NCBI GenBank assembly: GCA_963765895.1 | Contig: CAVXZB010000018.1 | Coordinates: 1-45,991, forward strand | DNA length: 45,991 bases | Origin: an uncultured Nitrososphaeraceae archaeon | GTDB taxonomy: Archaea; Thermoproteota; Nitrososphaeria; Nitrososphaerales; Nitrososphaeraceae | Reading direction: 5' to 3' | Part shown: in pieces, positions 1 through 10,353 of the stretch | How the letters are laid out: each line of letters opens with the position of its first letter | How positions within the stretch are numbered: position 1 is the stretch's first letter | Translations under genes and position numbers: made by a program | Notes under the pieces: generated by a model | What the model was told of the DNA's origin: nothing | What the model saw: the letters and a program-made list of their open reading frames with translations, nothing else | Database searches by the model: none

Positions 1-68
1 AATACTATTGATAGCGTATATAAGACTATAAATATGAAATGTATATAATCAACTATTAGCATACAAGA

Positions 69-1292
69 TTGGAAATAGACAAAGTGAATCGAACCATCAA
101 TTCAAGGCCAAGTAGTACGATAACCGATTACATTTCAAATGTTAACATCATGAACAAGTTAACAGGAAATGAATATCATGCAAGACTCGACATTTTCAAA
201 GATTTTGTCGAGACCAAATATTCTCTCGATGTGGACTCGGTTATATTCGATATTAAAAACAAGAACCAAGACCCCTACTCTCTTCTAACGAAATTTGCTA
301 GATATTTGGAGGAACGTAATATTTCAGCCTCTACGCTCAAACAGCGAGTTGTCACAGTGAAAAACTTCCTCGAGTATCATGATATAGATATTAGCCCGCG
401 AAGATTCAAAGTGAAGGTAAAATTACCTAGGACAATTAGAAAAAACAAGGAAGCATTATCTAAGGAGGACATTGCAGAGATATTAAATGGAACTTCTGAT
501 ATTAGAATAAAAACTTATATCTTGCTGCTAGCAGCGACTGGAATGCGCGCCGGCGAGGCTTTATCAACCCGCATTAAAGATTTAGATCTTGTTTCACATC
601 CTTCAAAACTATTTGTGCAAGGTGAATATACAAAGACTCGAACAGACCGAATTATTTTTCTAACCGACGAGGTAGCTCATCAATTAAAAATATGGCTGGA
701 TTACAAATATCGAACTCGAAGAGTTTGCTACAAAAGTGGGCATGATCAAAAAACTATTACAGAATACAGAAGTATTACTAGAAACGATACTGATTTAATA
801 TTTGCAGTTTATCAAGATACTACACATCCAAACTATCTTTGGCTTTATAAAGACTTACTCAAAGTATTTCAAAAGACATTAGATCGTAATGGTAAGGGTG
901 ATCGCGAGGATGGTAACGAACGTCGAAGACAGATAACTCTTCATTCATTTAGAAGGTTTGTTAAAACTACCATATCTGATCTGGGATATGCAGATTATTC
1001 CGAGTATTTTATAGGACATGCAGGTTCCACATACTGGCGCAAAAAGGATTCAGAAAAAGCTGAAATATTCCGTAAAATTGAGCCTTATCTAACATTCCTT
1101 AATGTCCATCAACTACAAAGGCAGGGCGCAGACATACAGACAAAGGTAGAGGAATTGGAAGAAGTAAATCAATCACTAAGACAGCGTGATAAAGTAAAGG
1201 ATGATGCCATAGCACAACTATCCGATCAACTTGTGTCTTTATCAGCTAGATTACAGGAAATAGAAAGGAGACAGGATGTAGGCGCGCGCTAA
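69..1292 (+). CDS. Tyrosine recombinase/integrase (XerC/D-like) with C-terminal coiled coil
   Basis: 407 aa; LLAATGMRAGEA (catalytic R), HSFRR (HxxR), GHAGSTY (H and nucleophilic Y); N-terminal SAM-like region. Confidence 0.93.
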   Translation: MEIDKVNRTINSRPSSTITDYISNVNIMNKLTGNEYHARLDIFKDFVETKYSLDVDSVIFDIKNKNQDPYSLLTKFARYLEERNISASTLKQRVVTVKNFLEYHDIDISPRRFKVKVKLPRTIRKNKEALSKEDIAEILNGTSDIRIKTYILLLAATGMRAGEALSTRIKDLDLVSHPSKLFVQGEYTKTRTDRIIFLTDEVAHQLKIWLDYKYRTRRVCYKSGHDQKTITEYRSITRNDTDLIFAVYQDTTHPNYLWLYKDLLKVFQKTLDRNGKGDREDGNERRRQITLHSFRRFVKTTISDLGYADYSEYFIGHAGSTYWRKKDSEKAEIFRKIEPYLTFLNVHQLQRQGADIQTKVEELEEVNQSLRQRDKVKDDAIAQLSDQLVSLSARLQEIERRQDVGAR

Positions 1293-1363
1293 GATTATGC
1301 TGTGAACAAAAAATAACAAACCACTCTAGCTCAGCAGAAATATCGCTAGGGATTTGCACTCAG

Positions 1364-1387
1364 TATGGGCCCGTCGGGGTGTGAATC
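1364..1387 (-). other. Degenerate tRNA 3'-end fragment, candidate attachment site
   Basis: Minus strand of 1366-1387 reads GATTCACACCCCGACGGGCCCA, resembling a T-arm plus 3' acceptor strand (GGTTCAAATCCC-N-N-CGGGCCC-A); ~70 bp downstream of the integrase; core TATGGGCCCGT recurs at 11857-11867. Confidence 0.55.
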
Positions 1388-1617
1388 AAATTTGACACAA
1401 TTTTAGGTTGGAACTTGTATCAAATTGACACCAATTGGATTGTCAATTTCATTTCGAGAGATTGGCTATATGTTAGTATGGGGCCAAGGGAGTAGATTCC
1501 CATAGGTAAAGGGTTCATTACCAGTATGAGCTATTCTGCCTAAAAAAGTGTTTCAGTTTATAGAATCATGTTGCAGCTAGATCCTGAAATCAGTTCATAC
1601 TTCATTCAATGGATGAT

Positions 1618-2664
1618 TCATTTGTTTGGGGTAGTAGTCGATAGAAATGTATTTACTATCTTACCAATCTCAGCCGGATATTGATTCATTACCGCATGAG
1701 CAGCATTTTTAATCTGTACAAGCCAGGCTCCTGGAATTTTACTTGCAAGAATTAAAGCATTTGCATGCGGCATATAGTTATTATCGTCTGTTCCAGTTAT
1801 AACTAACGTGGGTTTTGCCAATTTAGCTTCTGCATCACAAGCACCACTCCAGTTTGTTTTCTCCCAACTACCTAGGTTATTCTGCTTATTCTCTATTTCA
1901 GGGGACAAACCAGGCTTCAATTGTTGTAATGATGTAGTGTTTGCTGGAATGACAGCAGTTTCAGGATGTAGTTTAATCCATCCTGATCCTAACGAGGCAA
2001 CATTAAGCGCTTTCAATTCCTGAGTAGCGGGAATATTATGTAGAGATTTGTTTACAATATCAGCTTGCAATTTAAGAAATTCGGGTGGTTTAGGTATACC
2101 ATCTTTTCCACCACATGATGTAGCAACAAGTATTAGCCTGTTAACCTTTTCTGGATAACTAATTGTAAATGCCTGAGCTATATGTCCTCCCAAAGAATAT
2201 CCCATGACATCTGCTTTTGGTATTTTCAGAGCATCAAGCAAACCAGCTGTATCGTTTGCTAGTTGCGGATAGGTGTACGGTTTGGAACCAACTGTTGAAT
2301 TTGCAATTCCACGTTGATCAAACACAATCACTGTGTGATTTGAAGAAATACCCGTTAGAAAGGAAGTATCCCAGGCATCCATATTATCAGAAGCACCATT
2401 GAAAAGTATTAGAGGGTCACCTCTACCAAACATCTTGTACGCAACATCGATATCTCCTACATGGACTTTTTTTAATGGGATATCGTGCGTATTTACCGAA
2501 TTCGTAGCATTAGAATTCGTTTGGTTTGGATCTGATTGACCATACGCTACTTTAGTAATGCCAAAATAACCATAATTACTAATTGAAGGACCTGCGATAA
2601 CAAGCGTAGATATGACAGCAATTAAGACTAGATGAACTTTCCTAACAAGTCTGTGACTTGACAT
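1618..2664 (-). CDS. Secreted alpha/beta-fold hydrolase
   Basis: Hydrophobic N-terminus; GYSLG nucleophile elbow; VITGTDD acid residue; NAAH catalytic His. Confidence 0.9.
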   Translation of the reverse strand: MSSHRLVRKVHLVLIAVISTLVIAGPSISNYGYFGITKVAYGQSDPNQTNSNATNSVNTHDIPLKKVHVGDIDVAYKMFGRGDPLILFNGASDNMDAWDTSFLTGISSNHTVIVFDQRGIANSTVGSKPYTYPQLANDTAGLLDALKIPKADVMGYSLGGHIAQAFTISYPEKVNRLILVATSCGGKDGIPKPPEFLKLQADIVNKSLHNIPATQELKALNVASLGSGWIKLHPETAVIPANTTSLQQLKPGLSPEIENKQNNLGSWEKTNWSGACDAEAKLAKPTLVITGTDDNNYMPHANALILASKIPGAWLVQIKNAAHAVMNQYPAEIGKIVNTFLSTTTPNK

Positions 2665-2903
2665 GTACCCTATACTCGCTGCATAGTATTTAAAGTGAAG
2701 CTGACGTTAGACAAAAGGAGTTTGTCTATTCGTAAATCATCATAATTCAGCAGAAATGTGGGTCATTATTCCAGTATTATAGCAAGTCAAGCCTATTGGA
2801 CTGCAAGCGACTCACGACCCCTAGAGGGCCTGAAAAGATATCATTTATTTTTGAGAAGACGACCAGATCCCTACTGCCGATAGAGCGCAGCTTCATAGCT
2901 GTC

Positions 2904-3040
2904 TAATTGCATCCGGGATACCCGGGTTATTTTCTAACCTAAGGAAGAGTTCAAAATACATATTAAAAAATGCAATTTCAAAAAGCGAATATAAGTACCA
3001 TCAGAATACAAAATTATCCCGAGTATCCTGGGTGTAATAA
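2904..3040. repeat. ~30-bp imperfect inverted repeats bounding a 137-bp non-coding element (MITE-like or hairpin)
   Basis: TAATTGCATCCGGGATACCCGGGTTATTTT (2904-2933) vs AAAATTATCCCGAGTATCCTGGGTGTAATAA (3010-3040), about 23/30 complementary. Confidence 0.6.
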
Positions 3041-3307
3041 ATATCACCACATCAAGTCAATCCTTAATGGGCTGACTGGGGACTGGTACATATCGTAATC
3101 TTGTGCTTTATCTCATGCCAGGCAATCAAAGGGCCGTACTCATATTAGCGTTATCAAGATATGCATCAGATACTCCGTGTTGAAAATCAGACCCTAATTG
3201 TGCTTGTGAGCTCTCTTGTGAGCAATCGAATTTCCTAATTGTCAATGCGATTGTCGTCCTGGCACTGTACCTACTACTATGGTAGAGGGTCAAATGGTCA
3301 ATAAGAC

Positions 3308-3883
3308 CTAAAATTTTTTATTCCTTAGTCTTTCTTCAATGTAGGGTTTGAATTCGGAATGTTCGAATAACGAGATGTAAGATATATCTCTTTGTTTTAG
3401 GATGTTGGTTATACTTTCCTCTTGTCTATCCAATACACAAACCACACTATTCACCCTATAACCCTCTTGAAGTAATGCATCAACGGCATTTGCTACACTC
3501 TTGCCTGAAGTTATTACGTCCTCTAATATCATTATTGGTTCTCTAACAATACCTTCTATTTTCTTTTGCAGTCCATGCTTTTTTACGTTCTTTCTAACTG
3601 TAAATCCGGTTAGGTTGACGCCTTTATCCCAGGCCAGCATTAGAACAGCTGTAGTTAATGGAATAGAACCTAACTCTAATCCACCAATGGACTTTACACT
3701 ATATTTGATTGCTTGTTCCAATAACGAACCTGCTATTAAATGGAGTGATTCTTGATCGTGTAAAATTTTCTTCAAGTCATAGTAAAAATCTGATTGAATA
3801 TTAGACGTTAAGGTAATCCGTTGGAATACTATACCATTATTTTTTATTATCTCGACTAATTGTTCATAGTTAGGATATTTCAT
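3308..3883 (-). CDS. Orotate phosphoribosyltransferase-like type I PRTase
   Basis: SDFYYDLK, GGLELGSIP, VRKNVKKHG, PRPP-binding ILEDVITSGKS, CVLDRQE; possibly an accessory pyrE copy. Confidence 0.85.
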   Translation of the reverse strand: MKYPNYEQLVEIIKNNGIVFQRITLTSNIQSDFYYDLKKILHDQESLHLIAGSLLEQAIKYSVKSIGGLELGSIPLTTAVLMLAWDKGVNLTGFTVRKNVKKHGLQKKIEGIVREPIMILEDVITSGKSVANAVDALLQEGYRVNSVVCVLDRQEESITNILKQRDISYISLFEHSEFKPYIEERLRNKKF

Positions 3884-5101
3884 TTCTTCACTAGTCCTAT
3901 TCGAACACCATTAGGCGTTACATTACTTGTTCTTGTTCTCATTTCTCTTCCATACCTTCAGCATATTCATAATGGTTATCGCACAAGGAAAATGTATCTA
4001 TCATACTCACATACCCCATCTCTTCAGCGACATAACCTTCGCTACATTTTCACTTGTTTGGCGCTATATATATTTCAGCTGCGAAATATTATATCATAGA
4101 AAATTGTCTATTATTGATCCATGAGAACGTATTGTGCATTGTCTATTCTGCAATTCAATGGCGACGCTTAAGCCTACAAAGACTGGACGAATAATGCTAA
4201 GATGTAATACTGCGGGGCTTTAGTATTCGCTAATGGTTTGCTTTCACAAAACATAATCAAAACATTGAAGAATTTCGTATTTCCATCCTTACGATGACTA
4301 GTGCTTTCCGTGAGGTGCATTAGTACATTCGAGTCTATATTATCAGAGACGCCAACGATGGCCTGGCTGAACTAGCATTGATTCAAACATATCTTTTCGC
4401 GAAAAAGTTAATGAAATGTTTGTGTCTTACAAACCACTGGTTGAGTTATCAATGGCCTAGATAGTTGGTTTCTTGTGAGAAGGCTATTATCCACAACGGT
4501 GATGCTATCTCAATTACCTTTGACCAAAATGACTTATTTTCTTATGGCCGGATCTCTATTTGGAAAACTAAGAAACGCGGCGGCTGTCGACTACTAGGCC
4601 TGAGGTAGAAACCGGACAGGTAAAAATTACCTCTGGCCTAGTCCTGTCAGGACGATCCATAGGAGCAAGGTATGTGATATCAATAATTAGCACTGACTTA
4701 TTTTTGCATTTAGCCCGATTCTCAGAAACAAGAATACGGGTCTAATGCTAAGAAAATGATCGTTACAGAACCCAGCCGTCATAGGGGATTATGCCTATCA
4801 ACCTACGACATTGCCGACTGGATTCAGTTAGCGATCATATGAATCGAACGAGTCAATATTCTATTGGTTATATTCCTAATAAAAATTGAATAACAAAGTT
4901 ATCTCAAGGGTAGGTTCGTTTAACTCTGTCTCAAAATTAAGACTATAAGATAGGAGTGTTCCAGCCTATCTAGGCGACAGATTCCACTATTCTCGCTATT
5001 ATCTGCTTACCCTTACGATCAGTAGCTGACTCAAATTTTGACTCACTTTTATTACCTTTACTGCCTAACTCTCAATATCTATCAGCCAGGCAGCTATATT
5101 G

Positions 5102-5206
5102 ACAATACTAATGGTCGTTGTGGGTGGTGGTTTAATGATTGCACTTAATGGAATGAGTGCAGGTGTGGCTAGTCTTATTAACAAATAATTAAGTATTTTG
5201 GCACCC
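5102..5206 (+). pseudogene. Remnant of an ABC (MacB/FtsX-type) permease N-terminus
   Basis: Translates TILMVVVGGGLMIALNGMSAGVASLINK*LSILAP with no start or continuation. Confidence 0.45.
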
Positions 5207-5811
5207 ATGGAATAGAATCTTCCTTAGAAGGACAGAAAGGTTCTGCAGCTAGTTTGCATAGTATAATATTATCAGCCATCAATTTATTATGAAACTGAGT
5301 GACAAAAGCGGTCAAACAGAAATTTGGAGTCGAAGAAGATGTTGATGATGATGATCTAATTATTGACGATAGTCAAACTAGGCCGAGAATCATCTTACTA
5401 CGCATGATGCAAATAGAAAGATCATGCGCAATTCAAGTTAATGTTCACTGTTAGACGACGTATCATCGATCGGTAGGGAACAGGAGGCAGCCAAAGTGAG
5501 CTCGGTAACTAATTTCTTCTGAGATGATCCACCTATGATTTATGTACCCCTTCCAGAACATGATTTAGACCAGAGCCCATGTCATCTCATTATAGCTAAA
5601 AGCAAGAATACTTTTACTGTAGGTTATATCTTGAAATAAAGAATGCATATTTAGAATCGATAGAGCATCACATCAAGTACAAAGATCCTAAAAGGCATAA
5701 ATCAGAATTATTAAAATTGTCCAAACTTATTCATAACTAGCGGATCCTATTGATAGGTAAAACTAACATGATTTTGAACTTAGCAGAATTGCCTAATCTA
5801 TAGTCTGATAT

Positions 5812-5916
5812 CTATAGATAGTAGCTATAGATAGTAGCTATAGATAGTAGCTATAGATAGTAGCTATAGATAGTAGCTATAGATAGTAGCTATAGATAGT
5901 AGCTATAGATAGTAGC
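5812..5916. repeat. Tandem repeat, 8 perfect copies of 13-bp CTATAGATAGTAG
   Basis: Direct count: units start at 5812, 5825, 5838, 5851, 5864, 5877, 5890 and 5903. Confidence 0.97.
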
Positions 5917-6051
5917 AGCTAATCGATGCGAATCAACAGACTAATTCCGTTAATATGCAATACGTTTAACACATAGGACAACATTACATAGCATACACAA
6001 AAAGTTATACACTATGCTAAGAATATTTGAAGAAGAGACTGAAACTAGCTA

Positions 6052-7158
6052 ATGACCAAACAGGAAGGAGACAATAACAATAACACTATCGATTCTACTA
6101 GTCCTTCTATACTTAAGGAACAACGACAAATAGTACTAAATTTGTACAATTCAGGTATTGAACCTGAGGTTATAGCCTACCAATTAGATATTGGCCAAGA
6201 AGAAGTTAACAGAGTCATAAAAGAAGAAGAAGAAGAAAAGAAAGAATTGGAAATGAAACAGAAAATATTAGATGCTTCTCCTTCTATGGGTAATTCGTTT
6301 TATCTAGATGCAGTAGTTAACATTGATTTGGCTATCAGAAATGCGCAAACCAGAATGTGGAAGGCATTAAGCTCTGGCCCAGAGTTCAATATCTCTACCG
6401 AAGGAACAGAAAAAATATTAAATCAATTTTCTAAATTTAAGGTTACTTTTGTAATCCTACATATTGATATTGTTGGTTCTACTCAATTATCGATGACGCT
6501 GCCACTTGATAGGCTTACAACTATAATTCAAACATTTTGTCAAGAAATGTCTATTATGATAGAATTGTATGGTGGACATGTCTTAAAGTATATAGGCGAT
6601 GCAGTTTTAGCATTTTTTGTGACAAATCTAGCTAAAAATGACTATAATAATAATAATAATGTCGAGGAAGAAGATGTTAACAATGATAGTAGTTCTCAAA
6701 ATCATAAAGAGTACAAACGATCAGAGTACTACTATTTACCATGCATAAATGCAATTAATTGCGCAAGATCTATGATCAAAGTAATCAAGGAAGGTATTAA
6801 TCCAATTCTCAATCAGTTTGACTACTCAGATATAGGCGTGCGTACGGGAATAGACATCGGAGAAGTTGCAATAATACAAGATGGATGGGATATACATACA
6901 GTAGAGAAAGAAGGAGAAGGAAATCAAATAATATTTAAAGAACCGCTTTATGATATTTTAGGACATACAATAAATGTAGCAGTAAAAATGACAAGTCTGG
7001 CAAAACCTAATGGTTTTACCATAGGCCAAGCAGCATATGATATATTGGACGAAAAGCAAAAGTCGACTTTTGAAGAATTGGATGTCAGTCCTAATATTTG
7101 GAGTTATCTAAACGAAAAAACAGGGAGAATGTATCACGTTTACAGTAGCACAGCATGA
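6052..7158 (+). CDS. Class III adenylate/guanylate cyclase with N-terminal HTH-like segment
   Basis: LHIDIVGST, VLKYIGDAVLAFF, VRTGIDIG, YDILGHTINVAVKM; N-terminal IVLNLYNSGIEPEVIAYQLDIGQEEVNRVI. Confidence 0.9.
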   Translation: MTKQEGDNNNNTIDSTSPSILKEQRQIVLNLYNSGIEPEVIAYQLDIGQEEVNRVIKEEEEEKKELEMKQKILDASPSMGNSFYLDAVVNIDLAIRNAQTRMWKALSSGPEFNISTEGTEKILNQFSKFKVTFVILHIDIVGSTQLSMTLPLDRLTTIIQTFCQEMSIMIELYGGHVLKYIGDAVLAFFVTNLAKNDYNNNNNVEEEDVNNDSSSQNHKEYKRSEYYYLPCINAINCARSMIKVIKEGINPILNQFDYSDIGVRTGIDIGEVAIIQDGWDIHTVEKEGEGNQIIFKEPLYDILGHTINVAVKMTSLAKPNGFTIGQAAYDILDEKQKSTFEELDVSPNIWSYLNEKTGRMYHVYSSTA

Positions 7159-7247
7159 TTCAAGAAGTAATAAGCTTTTAGTATGGTCTTAGATTGGGTG
7201 CACCTACTAGTACAATTAACTGAATTATAATTCTTAATATGTGATTT

Positions 7248-7439
7248 ATGAAGAACACTGCTATGGCTATCAGAAATGAACATCCTGAGAAATATGATTG
7301 GTGGCTAAGTGAGCTGGAATCATTAGGTATCAGCCCAAAGACATTAAATGATCTTAATGATAAACGAGAAGTAAGTGAACTAACAGAAAATCTAAAGCAG
7401 ACATACTATCAGGAATATAAATCCAGATATACAGACTAG
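7248..7439 (+). CDS. Small hypothetical protein
   Basis: 63-aa ATG ORF with protein-like composition and AT-rich upstream region. Confidence 0.45.
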   Translation: MKNTAMAIRNEHPEKYDWWLSELESLGISPKTLNDLNDKREVSELTENLKQTYYQEYKSRYTD

Positions 7440-7880
7440 ACTCTCAAATTATCTATTTGCTGAGATAAAAACTATGTAATAGCACTATACCATTGATGTG
7501 TGAACGAATCAATCTGTGTATGTCAAACTTTCAGGAACCATATTATTGCGCGTTCTAAGGAATGCGAAGATATCTTTTCTTCATCCTCTGCACTGTAGTC
7601 TTTAGGAATACTAGAGGAAATATCGCTCCTAATCTGAGCATGAAATGGCTGCAAAATCTATCATCTATGTGGAATGCGGAATAGCATTATTTGATGGTAA
7701 TTGAACTGTGTCCCACTGTTTCGCATTGTGAAATGACAGAATCTTCTTCTAGACATCTTAGTAAGAATGTTCAAAGCTATCTATCTATCTTAAATGTAGT
7801 AGGTTGGAACGAAGAAAATATGGAGCACTCGCAGTCCTTTACTTTGAGTTCATCACCAAAGTTTTGCACGGTGAAGTGAA

Positions 7881-8219
7881 ATGAAAACCATAATAGCCAC
7901 AGCGATCAGTCTTGTGCCCTTGTTGGTAGCGCTTTCAGCGTTTCCATACTCGAGCTCAGATGTCTTTGCAATATCTGCATATGAATCGGGATTCAATCAT
8001 GGAGTAACTGATGGAAAGGATAGTTGTTTACATCCGTCTGGATGCCACTGGTATGTTTTAGAGCCAGGCAAGGGCTTTGCATTTCATTCATGGGACTTTG
8101 TAAGAGGTTATGTTACAGGATTTTGCACTGCTAGTCCTGGAACGTCAAGTGACGCAGATCAAGCTAGCTGGGACTGTGATAAGGGCCCAGATTCTGCTTC
8201 GTGGGTGGATGAGAAATGA
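7881..8219 (+). CDS. Secreted protein with one YxSGFxHG...GKGFxxH...FVxGYVxGxC domain
   Basis: Signal peptide ending VFA; domain shared with 8216-9441, 13459-13755 and 13737-13874; ATGA overlap with next gene. Confidence 0.8.
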   Translation: MKTIIATAISLVPLLVALSAFPYSSSDVFAISAYESGFNHGVTDGKDSCLHPSGCHWYVLEPGKGFAFHSWDFVRGYVTGFCTASPGTSSDADQASWDCDKGPDSASWVDEK

Positions 8220-9441
8220 CAGTGACGCTAGGTGCAATTCTAGTCTTGGTGCTAGGCGCAACGCTAATGATAGGCGCACAATCTGCCTTTGCACAAGCTG
8301 AATCTAGAGCAAGCGTATCAACTGAACCTGGACAATTATCACAGCTTCCACATTCAGACCATCCACAAGCTGCTTATCAGTCAGGCTTTCAACACGGCGT
8401 AATTGATGGAAATATGTCATCAAATGCAACATCGTATATTGACCAGCCAAAACATGGCTTTGCATGGCATACATCGGAGTTTGTCAAAGGATATGTCAAT
8501 GGATACTGTAGCATACCTGCCAACAAAGATGTGGGAACTGATGATGACAGGCCGCATTTTACTGTCCGGATGGTCCAAGCTCTGCGAAATGGTTCATAGG
8601 CAAGCACGAGCCCATCAAGGAAGGTATTGCTGTAGCCACTTATGGCATTCCATCATCGGGCGTGAATGTAACATATCAATTCAACGATAAGACTTCAGGT
8701 TCATCCGGTTCGGATACCAGAATGGTAAACCAGACTGGAGAGATGCATTTTCTTGGTTATACTGACGAACTAGTCGGGTTTTACCCCGGAGATAAAGTGA
8801 CAGTGAGTGTAAGCCAGTGTATTCCACAACTGAATACATATGGCTATCGGGAATGCATCCCACAAACTACTCTCGACAACAAGACGATAACACTGGGTGA
8901 AACTGGTGGTATTGTTAGCCTTGATCTATCGAAGAGTGCTATACCACTTGTTACATCAGCCGGCCTTGGTGGTGCAATATCAGATTATCAATTAGGACTT
9001 ACACTTGGGGAGATTGATGGAAAGGATAGTATAGAAAATAATGGTACAGGTACTCTTTACGTAGAGCAACCTGGTAAGGGCTTTATCAATCAGACAAAGG
9101 AGTTTGTCAATGGCTATGTCACTGGATATTGTAAGTTTAACGCGGATTTTGCAGGATTCCTTACAGATGTAGAGCTTAACTGTGTACAGGGTCCATCCAG
9201 TATTAGTTGGCCAATACCACAACCCAAGTATGTTTTTAATCCACAGAGTTATTTTCAAGGATTAACAGAAGGATTTCACGATGGACTATTTGATGGTGAA
9301 TATCATCATAATAAACCCGAGGGCATAACTCACAATGAGTCTTGGGGTCTAGGATATACACGTGGTTGGGACCAAGGCTGTAGAGACTCAGGACGTATTG
9401 GAGAGAATTGTGACGTTCAAGCGGATGCTGATACTCCCTAG
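8216..9441 (+). CDS. Secreted protein with two copies of the same domain; one gene split by a 1-nt deletion near 8549
   Basis: Frame switch after TDDD gives AAFYCPDGPSSAKWFIG...GIPSSGVNVTYQF, which matches the paralogue tail (DQASWDCDKGPDSASW) and runs into ORF 8662-9441. Confidence 0.8.
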
Positions 9442-9697
9442 GCTGTGACGCACTTGAAGCAGCTTGGCACTTCACAGCCTGCAAAATTAAAGACAAATCA
9501 ATAAAACCCTGTTTATACAAGCAAATTGGATTAGTATCATAGGTGTAGTAGGTCCTTGTAATTGAGTATAACCAATTGACCAACAAATCTCATAGTATAG
9601 TGAAACACGAACCTTCTTTTATGTTATCAACAGATTTATTGCTAAATGAACAAAATCCCACAGGTGCTGATAAGTTTTAGCGCTTATCAAGATCAGA

Positions 9698-9955
9698 TTG
9701 AAATTTTCTATAAATGGCAATGCAGAAAATGACATCATTGAAGGATATTCCGGCAACGACCAAGTATATGGTAACGATGGTAATAATGTACTTACTGGTG
9801 GTCCAGGAAGTGATCAGTTTAACTGTGGTGCAGGTATAGACACAATTACCGACTTTCAGCCAGGCTTTGATACAAAGAGCGCGAATTGTGTCCATCCAAT
9901 ATGGTATTTGATGCGAGTGCCTCATCAGCATAAAAAAATTTTATCACCATCCTAG
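9698..9955 (+). pseudogene. Orphan C-terminal RTX/haemolysin-type Ca-binding repeat fragment
   Basis: LTGGPGSDQFNCGAGIDTITDFQPGFDTKSANC, closely similar to the tail of 20394-22080; no N-terminal part. Confidence 0.75.
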
Positions 9956-10093
9956 GACGTCAGTCTACACATAGGACGCAGCGTTTTCGATAATATTAAT
10001 AACCTGGCACGACTCCTATCTATTCATAACGCAACGTATCCGATATAATTATTGGGGATAGGTTAAAAAATCCGATGTTGTCAGATGTGTTAA
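9936..10093 (+). repeat. Dispersed ~150-bp non-coding repeat, copy A
   Basis: AAATTTTATCACCATCC..CAGTCTACAC..GACGCAG..TTCGATAATATTAATAACCTGGCA..CATAACGC..ATAATTAT..TCCGA, collinear with copies B-D. Confidence 0.75.
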
Positions 10094-10353
10094 ACCTATT
10101 ACATGTTAACGGAATTAGTCTGTTGATTCACATCGACTAGCTGCTACTATCAATAGATACCTTCAATCTGTAGGGTGATCATATTCACAAGAAAATTGCT
10201 TGTTTCATGCTATTGTTATCTTTTTACTTGACTACCAGAGATGTTAAACCAGACTGTACTGTTTAAAAGTTGAAATAGTAGATTTTGAATGAAACTTCAG
10301 CATGATATCCTACCCTGAGAGAATAAACGGTTACACTCCGAGGTGAATCTGTG

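Noticed and set aside
1364-1387. Complete tRNA gene
   Set aside because: Only a degenerate 3' portion; no D-arm or anticodon arm
3067-3080. Second tRNA-3'-end fragment (TGGGCTGACTGGG)
   Set aside because: Only ~13 nt with no T-loop match; too short to support
5812-5916. CRISPR array
   Set aside because: Units are contiguous 13-mers with no spacers, and no cas genes are present
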